This document shows positions 12,442 to 22,718 of a stretch of 64,000 bases of DNA, piece after piece (the stretch's first letter is position 1; every line of letters starts with the position of its first letter). The notes under the pieces were generated by a model. The model searched no databases. It had not been told where the DNA came from and was given only the letters and a program-made list of their open reading frames with translations. Origin of the DNA: Candidatus Bathyarchaeota archaeon. GTDB lineage: Archaea > Thermoproteota > Bathyarchaeia > Bathyarchaeales > Bathycorpusculaceae. A program made the translations under genes and the position numbers. The stretch spans positions 602,984 through 666,983 of the forward strand of contig CAWEPZ010000002.1 of assembly GCA_963811105.1 (NCBI GenBank). The letters run 5' to 3'.

Positions 12442-12535
12442 TATATTAGGTATATCTATATAGACTATAAATTTTATGGAGATTCACTATATAAAAAACA
12501 TGGCTTTAAAGAGTACATAAAATGAAGGAAGAAAT
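12442..12535. promoter_or_regulatory. Divergent regulator/pstS promoter region with TCTATATAGA palindrome
   Basis: AT-rich intergenic; perfect palindrome at 12455-12464; further CTATA repeats. Confidence 0.5.
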
Positions 12536-13642
12536 ATGAAAACTACATATTTAATTATTGTCGCAATCGTCATCATAGCTATTATCATAGGCGGAGCTTT
12601 TGCCTACATTTCATTGCAGTCACCGCCAGCAACTTCGGTTCAATTAAATGGTGCTGGTGCAACTTTTCCCCAGCCATTCCTTAATGCTACAATCATTGCA
12701 TATCAATCAATAAGACCCAATGTGGAAATTAACTACCAACCAGTCGGCAGCGGAGCAGGAATAAATGCGCTTACAGCAAAAACAGTTGACTTTGCAGCTT
12801 CAGATGCTCCCTTAAGCAGTAACCAAACAGCCACTTTAACCAGTCCCACGGTTCATATTCCAGAAACAATTGGTGCCGTTACATTAGCTTACAATCTACC
12901 TGGGATTTCGGGAGGTCTTCACCTGTCAGGTGATGTTATTTCTAAGATCTTTCTTGGAACAGTAACTAAGTGGAATGACCCCGCAATAGTGGCGCTTAAC
13001 ATAGACACTATACTTCCAGACCAAGCAATAACAACTGTTCACCGCTCTGATAGTTCTGGAACAACCAACGTCTTCACCAAATACCTAGCCGACGTAAGCT
13101 CTACATGGAAAAGTGAAATAGGATCTGGGACATCAGTTCAGTGGCCAGGTGGGCAAGGTCAAAGCGGAAATTCAGCCGTTGCATCTACTGTTGCCTCAAC
13201 ACAGTACGCTATAGGCTACGTTGAACTTACGTACGCGCTACAAAACAAAATGGCAGTTGCCTCGATTCAGAATATAGCAGGAAACTTCATAGCCCCATCA
13301 CTTGCTTCAACCAATACAGCAGTTCAATCTGGAGCTTCTCAAGGTTTGCCATCAGGTGATCAATCATGGACTTCTGTAAGTCTCCTAAACACTAACGACC
13401 CACAAGCATACCCAATCGTATCTTTTACATACCTGTTAGAGTACAAAGAACTTGACGTTATTCCAGGCATGACCCAAGATAAGGCAACAGCAATCGTGCA
13501 GTACATGTGGTATGTTGTCCATGAGGGACAAAACTTAGGACCCAGCCTTTCATATGCACAGCTCCCAGCAAACGTAGTATCCATCGATGAAACCACAATC
13601 AAGTCGATAACATTCAACGGACAAACATTGCAAGAGAGCTAA
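12536..13642 (+). CDS. pstS: Phosphate ABC transporter substrate-binding protein
   Basis: GAGATFP, GSGAG, DFAASDAPL, HRSDSSGTT, IGYVE, AYPI; N-terminal TM. Confidence 0.97.
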   Translation: MKTTYLIIVAIVIIAIIIGGAFAYISLQSPPATSVQLNGAGATFPQPFLNATIIAYQSIRPNVEINYQPVGSGAGINALTAKTVDFAASDAPLSSNQTATLTSPTVHIPETIGAVTLAYNLPGISGGLHLSGDVISKIFLGTVTKWNDPAIVALNIDTILPDQAITTVHRSDSSGTTNVFTKYLADVSSTWKSEIGSGTSVQWPGGQGQSGNSAVASTVASTQYAIGYVELTYALQNKMAVASIQNIAGNFIAPSLASTNTAVQSGASQGLPSGDQSWTSVSLLNTNDPQAYPIVSFTYLLEYKELDVIPGMTQDKATAIVQYMWYVVHEGQNLGPSLSYAQLPANVVSIDETTIKSITFNGQTLQES

Positions 13643-13669
13643 TCAAAATGCAGCGATGAGCAGCCTTAT

Positions 13670-13682
13670 TCCTTTTTTTGTT
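13670..13682 (+). terminator. Oligo-T terminator/attenuator between pstS and pstC
   Basis: CCTTTTTTTGTT shortly after the pstS stop. Confidence 0.45.
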
Positions 13683-13720
13683 AAAAACTTATTGAAAATC
13701 TTTGATGAGCAGATCCAAAA

Positions 13721-14662
13721 ATGACGAGGAAAATAACAGGCGACAATGTCTTCAAAATATTAATTGCCATAATTGCAGCTTCAGCTCTTGTCATCCTCAC
13801 TGCCAACACCTATGTTCTAGCCAGCGGATCGACACTTGTATTGAACAAGTTTGGTGTTGGTTTCTTAACAAATACACAGTGGAATTCTGTCGAAGGAAGA
13901 GAAGCTTTCGGCTTGTTACCTTATATTCTCGGAACTTTAGTCACCTCAGGAATCGCGCTTCTTATTGGAGTGCCATTAAGCTTAGGTATTGCAATTTTTC
14001 TTGCAGAGATGTCGCCAAAAAAAATCGGGGTACCGCTGTCATATCTTGTTGAGCTTTTAGCTGCCGTACCAAGCGTTATTTACGGGCTTTGGGGACTATT
14101 TGTTCTCCGTTTTTGGATACAAGACTATATTGAACTCCCTATAAACAAGTTATTTGGGTGGATTCCAATTTTTAGCGGAACTCCTTTTGGGTCAGACATC
14201 TTTACTGCAGGAATAATTTTGTCAATTATGATTATTCCAACAGTAGCTTCAATTTCTCGAGAAGTTATCAGTGCTGTTCCCAATTCTATCCGTGAAGGCG
14301 CCTACAGCATCGGAGCAACAAAATGGGAAGTAATCCGTCACTGGGTCCTCAACTACGGTCGGTCAGGAATCTTCGGCGCAATTATCCTGGGGCTGGGAAG
14401 AGCAATAGGTGAAACTATGGCAGTTACCATGGTTATTGGCAATGCCATTGGCCCAAATGCAATGCCTACCTCGCTTTTTAAACCTGGGCAAACGTTGCCT
14501 TCCTTAATAGCCAACGGTTTCATTGAATCGCCCACGCCTATTGAAAAATCAGCTTACGCGGGTGCGGCTTTGATTCTGCTTATCATAAGCATCATTATCA
14601 GCATATTGGCTTACCTCATGGTTAACCGTGTATTGAAAGTTAAAGGAGGCGCCATAGAATAA
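13721..14662 (+). CDS. pstC: Phosphate ABC transporter permease
   Basis: ELLAAVPSVIYGLWG, EGAYSIGAT, GRAIGETMAV. Confidence 0.96.
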   Translation: MTRKITGDNVFKILIAIIAASALVILTANTYVLASGSTLVLNKFGVGFLTNTQWNSVEGREAFGLLPYILGTLVTSGIALLIGVPLSLGIAIFLAEMSPKKIGVPLSYLVELLAAVPSVIYGLWGLFVLRFWIQDYIELPINKLFGWIPIFSGTPFGSDIFTAGIILSIMIIPTVASISREVISAVPNSIREGAYSIGATKWEVIRHWVLNYGRSGIFGAIILGLGRAIGETMAVTMVIGNAIGPNAMPTSLFKPGQTLPSLIANGFIESPTPIEKSAYAGAALILLIISIIISILAYLMVNRVLKVKGGAIE

Positions 14663-15504
14663 TCCGTAAAATAACAGCTGGCAGTTATGGTTTCCGCAAA
14701 TTTAAAAACAAACTATTCTTTGTTCTCTGCCTCATATGCGTGATCATCGCAATTATTCCATTGTTAAGCATATTATTCGAAGTCATTGCAAAGGGTGCTT
14801 CACAAATAAATCTTCATTTCCTAACTTCAAATGGGTTGAAAGGCGGCATCGGGCCCTCGATACAGGGCACACTTATAATGATTGGTTTAACCAGCTTAAT
14901 CGGAATACCTATAGGCATTCTTTCAGGAGTATACTTGGCAGAGTTCGGAAACAACAAATACGCTTCAACAATAAGGGTCACTAATAATGTACTCACACAG
15001 TTTCCTTCAATAGTAATTGGTATCACCGCATTTGGAATAATAATAATATATGTTACAGGAAGCTACTCGCCGCTTGCAGGCGCCGTAGCGCTTTCTTTCA
15101 TGTTAATTCCAATAGTTGCAAGAACAACTGAGGAATCGCTAAAACTTGTGCCAAACTCCGTCCGCGAAGCGTCGTTGGCTTTGGGGGTACATAAGTGGAG
15201 AACAACCATTAGCGTGGTTTTGCCAGCAGCTGGCAGTGGGTTAATCACTGGGACTCTTCTAGCAGTTGCCAGAATTGCAGGAGAAACTGCGCCTTTACTT
15301 TTTACAATTTTAGGCAATAGCTTCTTCTTTCAAGGTTTAAATCAGCCGATGGATGCGCTTCCACTTAGAATTTTTCTTGATTCACGACAGTCTTCCCCAG
15401 AGATACAGGCTCAAGCTTGGGGCGCAGCATTAGTGTTGATTTTAATAGTTTTAGCGCTTAACGTAGGCGTCAGATTAGCCAGCAGAGGTAAATTGGCAAG
15501 GTGA
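14659..15504 (+). CDS. pstA: Phosphate ABC transporter permease; probable ATA start
   Basis: PSIVIG, EASLALG, ARIAGETAPLL. Frame is open upstream of GTG 14740 to ATA 14659 behind AAGGAGG. Confidence 0.93.
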   Translation: MIRKITAGSYGFRKFKNKLFFVLCLICVIIAIIPLLSILFEVIAKGASQINLHFLTSNGLKGGIGPSIQGTLIMIGLTSLIGIPIGILSGVYLAEFGNNKYASTIRVTNNVLTQFPSIVIGITAFGIIIIYVTGSYSPLAGAVALSFMLIPIVARTTEESLKLVPNSVREASLALGVHKWRTTISVVLPAAGSGLITGTLLAVARIAGETAPLLFTILGNSFFFQGLNQPMDALPLRIFLDSRQSSPEIQAQAWGAALVLILIVLALNVGVRLASRGKLAR

Positions 15505-15510
15505 AAGTAA

Positions 15511-16275
15511 ATGAGTGACAGCACTAAAATGCAAAGTATTGGATTAAACGCTTGGTTTGGAACAAAACATGTTCTTAAAGAGATCAGCCTATCGGTCAAG
15601 GCAAATGCAATTACAGCTATAATTGGTCCATCCGGCTGTGGAAAATCAACTTATATCCGCACCTTGAACAGAATGCATGAGTTGGTACCGAACGCCAAAA
15701 GATCTGGACAGGTACTTCTTGATGGTCAAGATATTTATGCTGCAGACGTAGACCCCGTGATGGTCAGGCGTCGTGTAGGAATGGTTTTCCAGAAACCTAA
15801 CCCTTTTCCCACAATGTCAATATATGACAATGTAGCGGCTGGACTGAAGTTAACTGGAGCCAGAAAAGGACAGAATCTAGATGAAATTGTGAAACGAAGC
15901 CTGGAACAAGCAACTCTTTGGGAAGAAGTCAAAGATGACCTAAAAAAGCCGGGAACAAGCATTTCAGGTGGACAACAGCAAAGGTTGTGTATTGCTCGGG
16001 CTATAGCTTTGCAACCCGAAGTTATTTTAATGGATGAGCCATGTTCAGCCTTGGATCCAATCGCTACGGCTAAAATTGAGCGATTAGTAGTTGAGCTTAA
16101 GCGGGATTACACCGTTATTATTGTGACGCATAATATGCAACAAGCTTCAAGAGTGTCAGATTACACAGCGTTTTTCTATTTAGGGGCGCTTGTTGAGTTT
16201 GGGGAAACCAATGATATTTTTGAGTCTCCAAAGAACCCATTAACTGAAAAATATATAACTGGAGAATTCGGATAA
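15511..16275 (+). CDS. pstB: Phosphate ABC transporter ATPase
   Basis: [47 protein letters not shown]. Confidence 0.98.
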   Translation: MSDSTKMQSIGLNAWFGTKHVLKEISLSVKANAITAIIGPSGCGKSTYIRTLNRMHELVPNAKRSGQVLLDGQDIYAADVDPVMVRRRVGMVFQKPNPFPTMSIYDNVAAGLKLTGARKGQNLDEIVKRSLEQATLWEEVKDDLKKPGTSISGGQQQRLCIARAIALQPEVILMDEPCSALDPIATAKIERLVVELKRDYTVIIVTHNMQQASRVSDYTAFFYLGALVEFGETNDIFESPKNPLTEKYITGEFG

Positions 16276-16288
16276 ACGAGGAATAATT

Positions 16289-16933
16289 ATGAGCAGAATA
16301 ATAGACAACGGACTAGAAGAACAATCGGTGCTGATAACTCGCATGGCTGAATTAACCTACGAAACGCTGGCTTTGTCCATACAAGGGTACCTTAGAGGAA
16401 AAAGCGTTCAAGAAGACGTAAGGGAAATGTCAGACATGCTTGTTGCAATGTCAGATAAACTTGAAGATAAATCCTTCGAATTAATCGCTCGCTTCCAACC
16501 AGTCGCCTCAGATCTTAGAACCATAAAATCTTACATGAAAATAGGCAATGACTTTGCAAGATACGGCAGATACGCCCTTGATATATCATACGTTAACGAC
16601 GAGGTAAACGGCTTAAAAGAATGTGACTCTTGGGTAAAAGGCCACATTGAGGAAATGAGCCAAAAAGTTCTCCTAATGGTAAGAATAAGCATTGACTCTT
16701 TAAGAAAACATGATGTAACTCTCGCGAAAACAATCTCAAAAACCGAACGCCAGGTCGACAAAATGTACCTCGACTACCTCGAGAAACTGATTCATGGTGA
16801 GCAAACCAACAACAAATGCGTAATTTCCAGTGTCTTGATGACACGATATTTAGAGCGAATAGGAGATCACGCTGCTTACGTTTGCGAATCAATCGTGTAC
16901 ATAGTGACGGGCGAAAAAATAACCCTAAGATAG
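16289..16933 (+). CDS. phoU: Phosphate signalling protein PhoU
   Basis: IARFQPVASDLR, YLERIGDHA, IVYIVTG. Confidence 0.95.
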   Translation: MSRIIDNGLEEQSVLITRMAELTYETLALSIQGYLRGKSVQEDVREMSDMLVAMSDKLEDKSFELIARFQPVASDLRTIKSYMKIGNDFARYGRYALDISYVNDEVNGLKECDSWVKGHIEEMSQKVLLMVRISIDSLRKHDVTLAKTISKTERQVDKMYLDYLEKLIHGEQTNNKCVISSVLMTRYLERIGDHAAYVCESIVYIVTGEKITLR

Positions 16934-17229
16934 TTTTTTCTAATCTCTCCGCTGTAGATTTCCGGCTGAGTTTTTTTCATTTCTTGCCTTCGGGTTCAAA
17001 TTGATTTTTTATTTGCGTCGCTTTCTAAGAAGAAATTTCTTCTTACCAAGAAATGCAACAATCAGAAGTTTGCGCATTGCTGTTTTTCAATATATGTCAA
17101 TATTGTTTCATGGCCCGAGGGTTCTTCGTGCCTTTTTTTTGTCAAGAAATGAGGTTAGTCAGATCCCCTATTATTAATATTGTTTTTCCTGCAAAAATGG
17201 CGTAACCTTCAAAAGGGACAGTTCAGCCA

Positions 17230-17880
17230 ATGATAAGAATAATGGTACCTCTTCTGAATGTTAATTGGCAAAGTCTTCCAGCCGACTATTCCCTGAGCGA
17301 ACGCGATGCTGACGTGTTGGCGCTTATAGAAAAAGAAGACTTAGCTATATTCACGTTCGATGGGTTAAAAAGACGCACAGGACTCCATCCAGAAACTCTT
17401 TCTCGCATTCTTATTCGACTAGAAGAAGAAGGGGTTATAAAAAAAGGACCTGAAGGCTACAGGGTTACTCCAAAAATAACTGAACTGAAACTTCGCCAGC
17501 CAAACCAGGAGGAGGCAACAACTCCGCTTATTCAGACTTTCCTTCCGTCTGACCTCTTGACGCAACAGCTTATATTATCACTTAAAGGTAAATGGTTCGG
17601 TGTTCTCCGTTGGTTAGGCATATCAGAAAATAATCAAGGCGTAACCATGAAGTGGATCACAGAAGACGGAGGAATCCAAATAGCCGCAAACATTCAAGGA
17701 ACAGCGCTAAACATAGAAGCCAAATTCCTGACGAATAATAACTTAAATTTGGCGCTGAAGGCTTCATATCAGCTTATGGCAACCATAGGTAAGCTCTGCC
17801 AAGCCTCAAGCTTAACTAAACGTGGCTTAGCCAGAAATGTCGCTTATTATGGCGAATCACCTTTTATGATGCCGACTTAA
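17230..17880 (+). CDS. Winged-helix domain protein
   Basis: FTFDGLKRRTGLHPETLSRILIRLEEEGVIKK. Confidence 0.75.
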   Translation: MIRIMVPLLNVNWQSLPADYSLSERDADVLALIEKEDLAIFTFDGLKRRTGLHPETLSRILIRLEEEGVIKKGPEGYRVTPKITELKLRQPNQEEATTPLIQTFLPSDLLTQQLILSLKGKWFGVLRWLGISENNQGVTMKWITEDGGIQIAANIQGTALNIEAKFLTNNNLNLALKASYQLMATIGKLCQASSLTKRGLARNVAYYGESPFMMPT

Positions 17881-17956
17881 TTTTTTGTGACTAGCTTTGG
17901 CTATTCCTTAGTCAACAAATACCTTTTTAACGTATACTCTTTTGGTGAAAAACAAA

Positions 17957-18889
17957 ATGAGTCAACTAACTAATCCGTTAGAAGTCCTCAAATCGCTCTC
18001 AGAAGCAACAAGCATGCTAATCAAGAAAACCTCGGAGTCAGTTGTCAGCGTAAAAGCGCAGATGTCACACGGAACAGGCGTTGTTTTAACAAAAGACGGC
18101 TACATCGTCACCTGTAATCATGTCCTCGGCGGATGCAATACAATCAAAATTGGTCAAGGAGAAAAAACATTCAACGCCAAAATCGTTGGAACGGACCCAT
18201 ACAACGACATAGCTCTCTTAAAGACGGAGAAGGGAGAATTTACACCCATAGAGACGGGTAATTCAGAGAAACTAAGCGTCGGCCAATATGTTTTTGCTCT
18301 TGCTAACCCATTTAACCGAAGCCAGTCCACTGCCACCACAGGCATCATAACTAACGTAAACAGCACAATCAGAGGTTGGCGAGGTATGACACAAATGGAA
18401 AACGTCATTGCGACCGATGCACAACTTAATCCAGGATTCAGTGGCGGGCCACTCGTTGATGTAGAAGGCAGAATTATCGGCATAAACACAGCTTATGTTT
18501 GGCAAAGAGGCATTGCTATTCCTATAAACAAGGTAAAAGCCGTCGCCGAAAGGTTGATGACTGGAAGAGTCACTCAAAAAGGTTATCTGGGCATAATTGC
18601 CAACACTGTTGCTATTCCAGAAGAAATCGCTGAACAAGCAGGCTTAGAACAGGAAACTGGAGTTATGATTTTCTCTGTTGAAGCTGGATCGCCAGCACGC
18701 AAGGCAGGATTAGCCATGGGGGATGTCCTAGTCAAATTTAACGGCAAACCCGTCACTGAATTCTACGACCTTCCAAGACTACTCGCTGAAGACGTAATAA
18801 ATAAAGAAACCAAGCTAACAATCATCAGACGAGAAAACCTGATCGAAACAACCATAGTTCCGACTGTTCACGGAGGCGAAGAAGAATAA
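17957..18889 (+). CDS. HtrA/DegP-like serine protease with one PDZ domain, no signal peptide
   Basis: GTGV, TCNHV, DIALL, DAQLNPGFSGGPL; PDZ YLGI...GSPARKAGL..GDV. Confidence 0.93.
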   Translation: MSQLTNPLEVLKSLSEATSMLIKKTSESVVSVKAQMSHGTGVVLTKDGYIVTCNHVLGGCNTIKIGQGEKTFNAKIVGTDPYNDIALLKTEKGEFTPIETGNSEKLSVGQYVFALANPFNRSQSTATTGIITNVNSTIRGWRGMTQMENVIATDAQLNPGFSGGPLVDVEGRIIGINTAYVWQRGIAIPINKVKAVAERLMTGRVTQKGYLGIIANTVAIPEEIAEQAGLEQETGVMIFSVEAGSPARKAGLAMGDVLVKFNGKPVTEFYDLPRLLAEDVINKETKLTIIRRENLIETTIVPTVHGGEEE

Positions 18890-19029
18890 TAAATCGTTCT
18901 CCATTAGAACTTGAACCGCCAACACCAATGCAACCACCACCGCTTAGGCGTTCCCCTTACCCGACACTACGAATTAACAGTGCAAACGCTGTTGATTCCA
19001 TGGCTCCTTTTCCGTCTGTTTTTGATTAG
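18886..19029 (+). CDS. Putative 47-aa proline-rich peptide (ATA start)
   Basis: GGAGG at 18872, ATA overlapping the protease stop, open to TAG 19029, then a T-run. Confidence 0.35.
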   Translation: MINRSPLELEPPTPMQPPPLRRSPYPTLRINSANAVDSMAPFPSVFD

Positions 19030-19105
19030 GCAGAGAGCCCCTTTCCTTTTTTTTAAACCTGTTTAAATTAATTTATAAGCAGATTCTAACTATCCAGTAC
19101 TACAA

Positions 19106-19510
19106 GTGGTTTGCATGCATGCAGGACTAGCTTTCCTCATAGGCATTTTAGTTACGATTGCGGCTTTCCTATTTTACGCTGCAATTTCAGGAACAACCTA
19201 CTATGGGCTGGCTATTCAGGTTGAAGTAACACTTGCGGTAGCCCTCACAGTTGTTGCAATTATTGCAGTGCTCATATTCTATGCAGGGGTCAAAGCTCAA
19301 TTTAGACGGGTAAAAACAGGCAAAGAAGCCTTAATTGGAGCTAAGGGTATAGTAACCAGCGACCTTAAACCAGAAGGTGAAGTCCGGGTAATGGGTGAGT
19401 TCTGGGAAGCCACCACAAAAGATGCAATTATAGCTGCAGGTCAACCTGTTGAAGTCATAAGCCTAGAAGGCATGTTCCTCGTGGTGAAACCAGCCGAGCA
19501 AAAGCCTTAA
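19106..19510 (+). CDS. nfeD: Short NfeD-family membrane protein
   Basis: TM helices then TGKEALIGAKGIV..DLKPEGEVRVMGEFWEA OB-fold. Confidence 0.9.
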   Translation: MVCMHAGLAFLIGILVTIAAFLFYAAISGTTYYGLAIQVEVTLAVALTVVAIIAVLIFYAGVKAQFRRVKTGKEALIGAKGIVTSDLKPEGEVRVMGEFWEATTKDAIIAAGQPVEVISLEGMFLVVKPAEQKP

Positions 19511-19554
19511 TTCTTCAAGCAGCAAATACCAATACTTGTTGAGGATGTGAAAAA

Positions 19555-20418
19555 TTGGTTGATGTTTTAACTCCGATCATCGGTTTTATAGCCATTGTAG
19601 TAGCACTTTTCCTGTTAAGCGGTATTCGTGTTTTGAGAGAATGGGAGCGAATGCCAGTCTTAAGGCTCGGGCGCTACGTCGGTTTGAAGGGTCCTGGACT
19701 CATCTATCTTATTCCATTAATTGACAGGGCACCTCTAAAAATCTCTACAAGATTAGACACTATTCAATTCCGCACAGAGTCAACTTTAACCAAAGATAAC
19801 GTTCCAGTAAATGTTGATTCAGTTTTGTACATGAAGCCCGTAGATTTAGAGAAGGCAGTGTTGGCAGTTGAAAATTACTATCAAGCTACCCAATTGGCAT
19901 CACAAACTACACTTAGGGAAGTCATTGGAAAAGTTAGCCTCAACGAATTGCTTGCTGAACGTGAAAAAGTCGGAGCTCACTTACGTGAAATCATCGACGA
20001 AAAAACGGAGTCTTGGGGAATCAAAGCTACTGCTGTCGAAGTTCGTGATGTCATTATCCCAAGTAACCTTCAAGATGCCATGAGCCGCCAAGCACAGGCT
20101 GAACGGGAACGCATGGCAAGAGTAACTTTAGCTACTGCTGAGTTCGAAGCGTCGGCAAAAATGATTGAAGCAGCAAAAATGTACGAGGCAAGCCCAGAGG
20201 GTCTAAGACTTAGGTGGATGAACATACTCTACGAGTTAGGACAGCAATCACAAACAAACACAATCATGTTAGTGCCAGCATCCATGCCTGAAGCAGGTTG
20301 GCCTCCAGTTGGAACCTACGGCTTCAAAGACCTAACCATGGCACAACAAGCCCAAGCTGCAAAGAAGAAACCATTACCCAGCCAAGAACCTACTCTGCAA
20401 TCAGAACAACCTGAGTAA
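19555..20418 (+). CDS. Stomatin/SPFH (band 7) protein
   Basis: RLGR...GPGL, TKDNV, QTTLREVIG, WGIK, QAQAERE. Confidence 0.96.
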   Translation: MVDVLTPIIGFIAIVVALFLLSGIRVLREWERMPVLRLGRYVGLKGPGLIYLIPLIDRAPLKISTRLDTIQFRTESTLTKDNVPVNVDSVLYMKPVDLEKAVLAVENYYQATQLASQTTLREVIGKVSLNELLAEREKVGAHLREIIDEKTESWGIKATAVEVRDVIIPSNLQDAMSRQAQAERERMARVTLATAEFEASAKMIEAAKMYEASPEGLRLRWMNILYELGQQSQTNTIMLVPASMPEAGWPPVGTYGFKDLTMAQQAQAAKKKPLPSQEPTLQSEQPE

Positions 20419-20459
20419 ACCAAAATTTTTTCTTTTCTTTCGCTTGGCAATCCAAATAT

Positions 20460-21482
20460 TTAGGCTTCTTTTACTGCTTTCACCGTGCGTTCCAGTAAAA
20501 GTTGAGCCGCTTCTTGACTTGGCCAACCGCCTAAACCGCAGTCAGGACCTGTAAAAGTCATCTGCTCACCGTACTTTTCTTTAGCAAATCTAAACCTTTT
20601 CCTGATAATTTCTTCTGACTCAACAAGTTGCACTGCTAAAGGTTTAGCGATGCCCCTCTCGTATAGTTCAGCCAAAATACTGTCAATATCTGTTCTGGAA
20701 ACGCCAACTCTAATTTGCTTATTAGCCCTCTCCAGCATGTTTTTAGGCACCGCCTCAATGTTTCTAGGCGAAGCTGCGTACTCAAACGATAATACGTCAA
20801 GGTTTTTGATAGAAAGCAAATCGTGTACCCCGGCCACTGAATGCAAATGAATCTGTCGTGTGGCACCTTGGAAATCAAATGCTTTTTCAAGTACTCCGCG
20901 AACAATGTCAGGGGCGGCTTGGATATTGTTGTAGCCGAAGCTTGGCTCATCGATCGAAACGGCTTTGGTTTCGATGTACTTGCTGTTTAGGATGCTGTTT
21001 TTTGCAAAACGCCTAATAGTCTCTGCCAAAGAATCCAGCACATCTTGATAAGGAGTTTTCCCCACCTCATGGAGATACTGCTCGAGCGGACCGAAAATCG
21101 ATACTCGCAGCCGAATTTTTTTGCCAAACTTTTCGCTTAGCGCCTTAGCCTGTTGATTAAGTAAGTACACTTCAGGTATAACCGCACTTTTCTCTTCTAC
21201 AAGAAACGAGCCTGATTCCATTGCTACATGCAAAACATCGCCTATTTGCTTAATACCATCATACTGCTGCGGAAAATTAACTACATCTAAGCCTGAATCT
21301 ACTTTTTTCCAAAAAGAATCAAGAACAGGAATACAAAAGTTCTTTTGGAGAAAATCATCTTTTGAGAGGTCTTTTCCGTTAATTGCTGCTTCTCTTGCCT
21401 GCCGGTATGCTGTGTTGAAGGTATCCCTATTTAGATTTGATGGAAGGGGAAAACTTCCTATATCATCAACTAAAGTGTCCAT
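20460..21482 (-). CDS. Cobalamin-independent methionine synthase catalytic-domain (core MetE-like) protein
   Basis: IGSFP, IDEP, HLH, FEY, GPDCG; single barrel of 340 aa. Confidence 0.8.
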   Translation of the reverse strand: MDTLVDDIGSFPLPSNLNRDTFNTAYRQAREAAINGKDLSKDDFLQKNFCIPVLDSFWKKVDSGLDVVNFPQQYDGIKQIGDVLHVAMESGSFLVEEKSAVIPEVYLLNQQAKALSEKFGKKIRLRVSIFGPLEQYLHEVGKTPYQDVLDSLAETIRRFAKNSILNSKYIETKAVSIDEPSFGYNNIQAAPDIVRGVLEKAFDFQGATRQIHLHSVAGVHDLLSIKNLDVLSFEYAASPRNIEAVPKNMLERANKQIRVGVSRTDIDSILAELYERGIAKPLAVQLVESEEIIRKRFRFAKEKYGEQMTFTGPDCGLGGWPSQEAAQLLLERTVKAVKEA

Positions 21483-21551
21483 AAACCATATTGATTTAAG
21501 GAAATTCTATTAAAGATAATCCTAACTTTAAACGGCTGAAAGGTATGACTT

Positions 21552-21959
21552 ATGTCGGAATGCATATTCTGCCAAATAATCAAAAAACAAGTGCCTGCAA
21601 GCATAGTCTATGAGGACGAGCAAGTAATGGCTTTTTTAAGCAATCATCCAGTGAACATGGGGCATACACTTGTTGTTCCCAAGAAACATTACGTTAACCT
21701 CTTCGAGATTCCAGAGGAAGAAGCAGCCTACCTCTTCAGGATTGTAAAGCGTATCACGCTTGCGGTTAAAGACACTGCAAATTCCGATGCTATTAGAATA
21801 GTGCAAAATAACGGCAAAGATGCTGGTCAAATCATTTTCCACTTGCACGTTCACATTATTCCCATGAAACCAAGTAACCATTCCTGGGATGAGCACGGGT
21901 TTCAAACGGCTGAATTACTGGAGATAGACGCTGAGAAAATCAGGTTGCGCGTTCAATAG
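21552..21959 (+). CDS. HIT family nucleotide hydrolase
   Basis: CIFC, GHTLVVPKKH, HLHVHIIP. Confidence 0.95.
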   Translation: MSECIFCQIIKKQVPASIVYEDEQVMAFLSNHPVNMGHTLVVPKKHYVNLFEIPEEEAAYLFRIVKRITLAVKDTANSDAIRIVQNNGKDAGQIIFHLHVHIIPMKPSNHSWDEHGFQTAELLEIDAEKIRLRVQ

Positions 21960-22228
21960 CTTTGTTGGACCAAGAGAAGTATAATTTGATATTAAATTCT
22001 AAACAAAGTAAACTGCTGACCTATTTTTATGACAATTTGTTCCCACTGACGCCATAGCATTTTGTAAACCCTTCTTTTAAGGTAAAATCTTTTGCTCTCT
22101 CTTTAGACGGCGCTGTCTCAGCCAAAAGTTGAACACTGCCCAGCGAAGAATCGTTTAGAAGCCTTTTTCTAAGGCACACATATAAAAGAGTGAAAAACAA
22201 CATTGCTCATCGATAAAAGCTGAATAAC

Positions 22229-22576
22229 ATGACGCAAGAACCAAACGAACAAAACAACCCTATCCCATCAGCACCTCAAATCGAGAAACTTTTAATCGAC
22301 GACCCCTCAAACTTTCAGTTCCATGCTGCATACCTTGTTTATTCAGAAATCTTTGACACGTCAAATGAGGAAGCAAAAAAAGAACTTAACCAGAATCTTG
22401 AAAATTTAAAAGCTAACAAAATAGATGCCCAAACATTTTACCTTAACATTTCACGCTACCGCAAAATAGACCAACCTATGCAAAGAGGCGGAAAATTCAC
22501 AGTGGCAACTCAACGCAAGAAAGATTGGCGTATGAAGACTCAACGGTCGGAACGAATCAAGAGGCACAAGAAATAA
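22229..22576 (+). CDS. Hypothetical protein with basic C-terminus
   Basis: ATG start, TATA-like TATAAAA upstream, K/R-rich tail. Confidence 0.7.
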   Translation: MTQEPNEQNNPIPSAPQIEKLLIDDPSNFQFHAAYLVYSEIFDTSNEEAKKELNQNLENLKANKIDAQTFYLNISRYRKIDQPMQRGGKFTVATQRKKDWRMKTQRSERIKRHKK

Positions 22577-22718
22577 AGCTCTGTTCAATTTCTTTAAAAC
22601 GTTATTTTAAGCAAACGGTTTATTCTTTAATGTTTAGTCATGTTTAAACATTATAAACGGAATGCTTAATTGGGCATAATTAGCTTTTGTAGTTTAAATT
22701 ACTTCAAAGGGATAGCTA

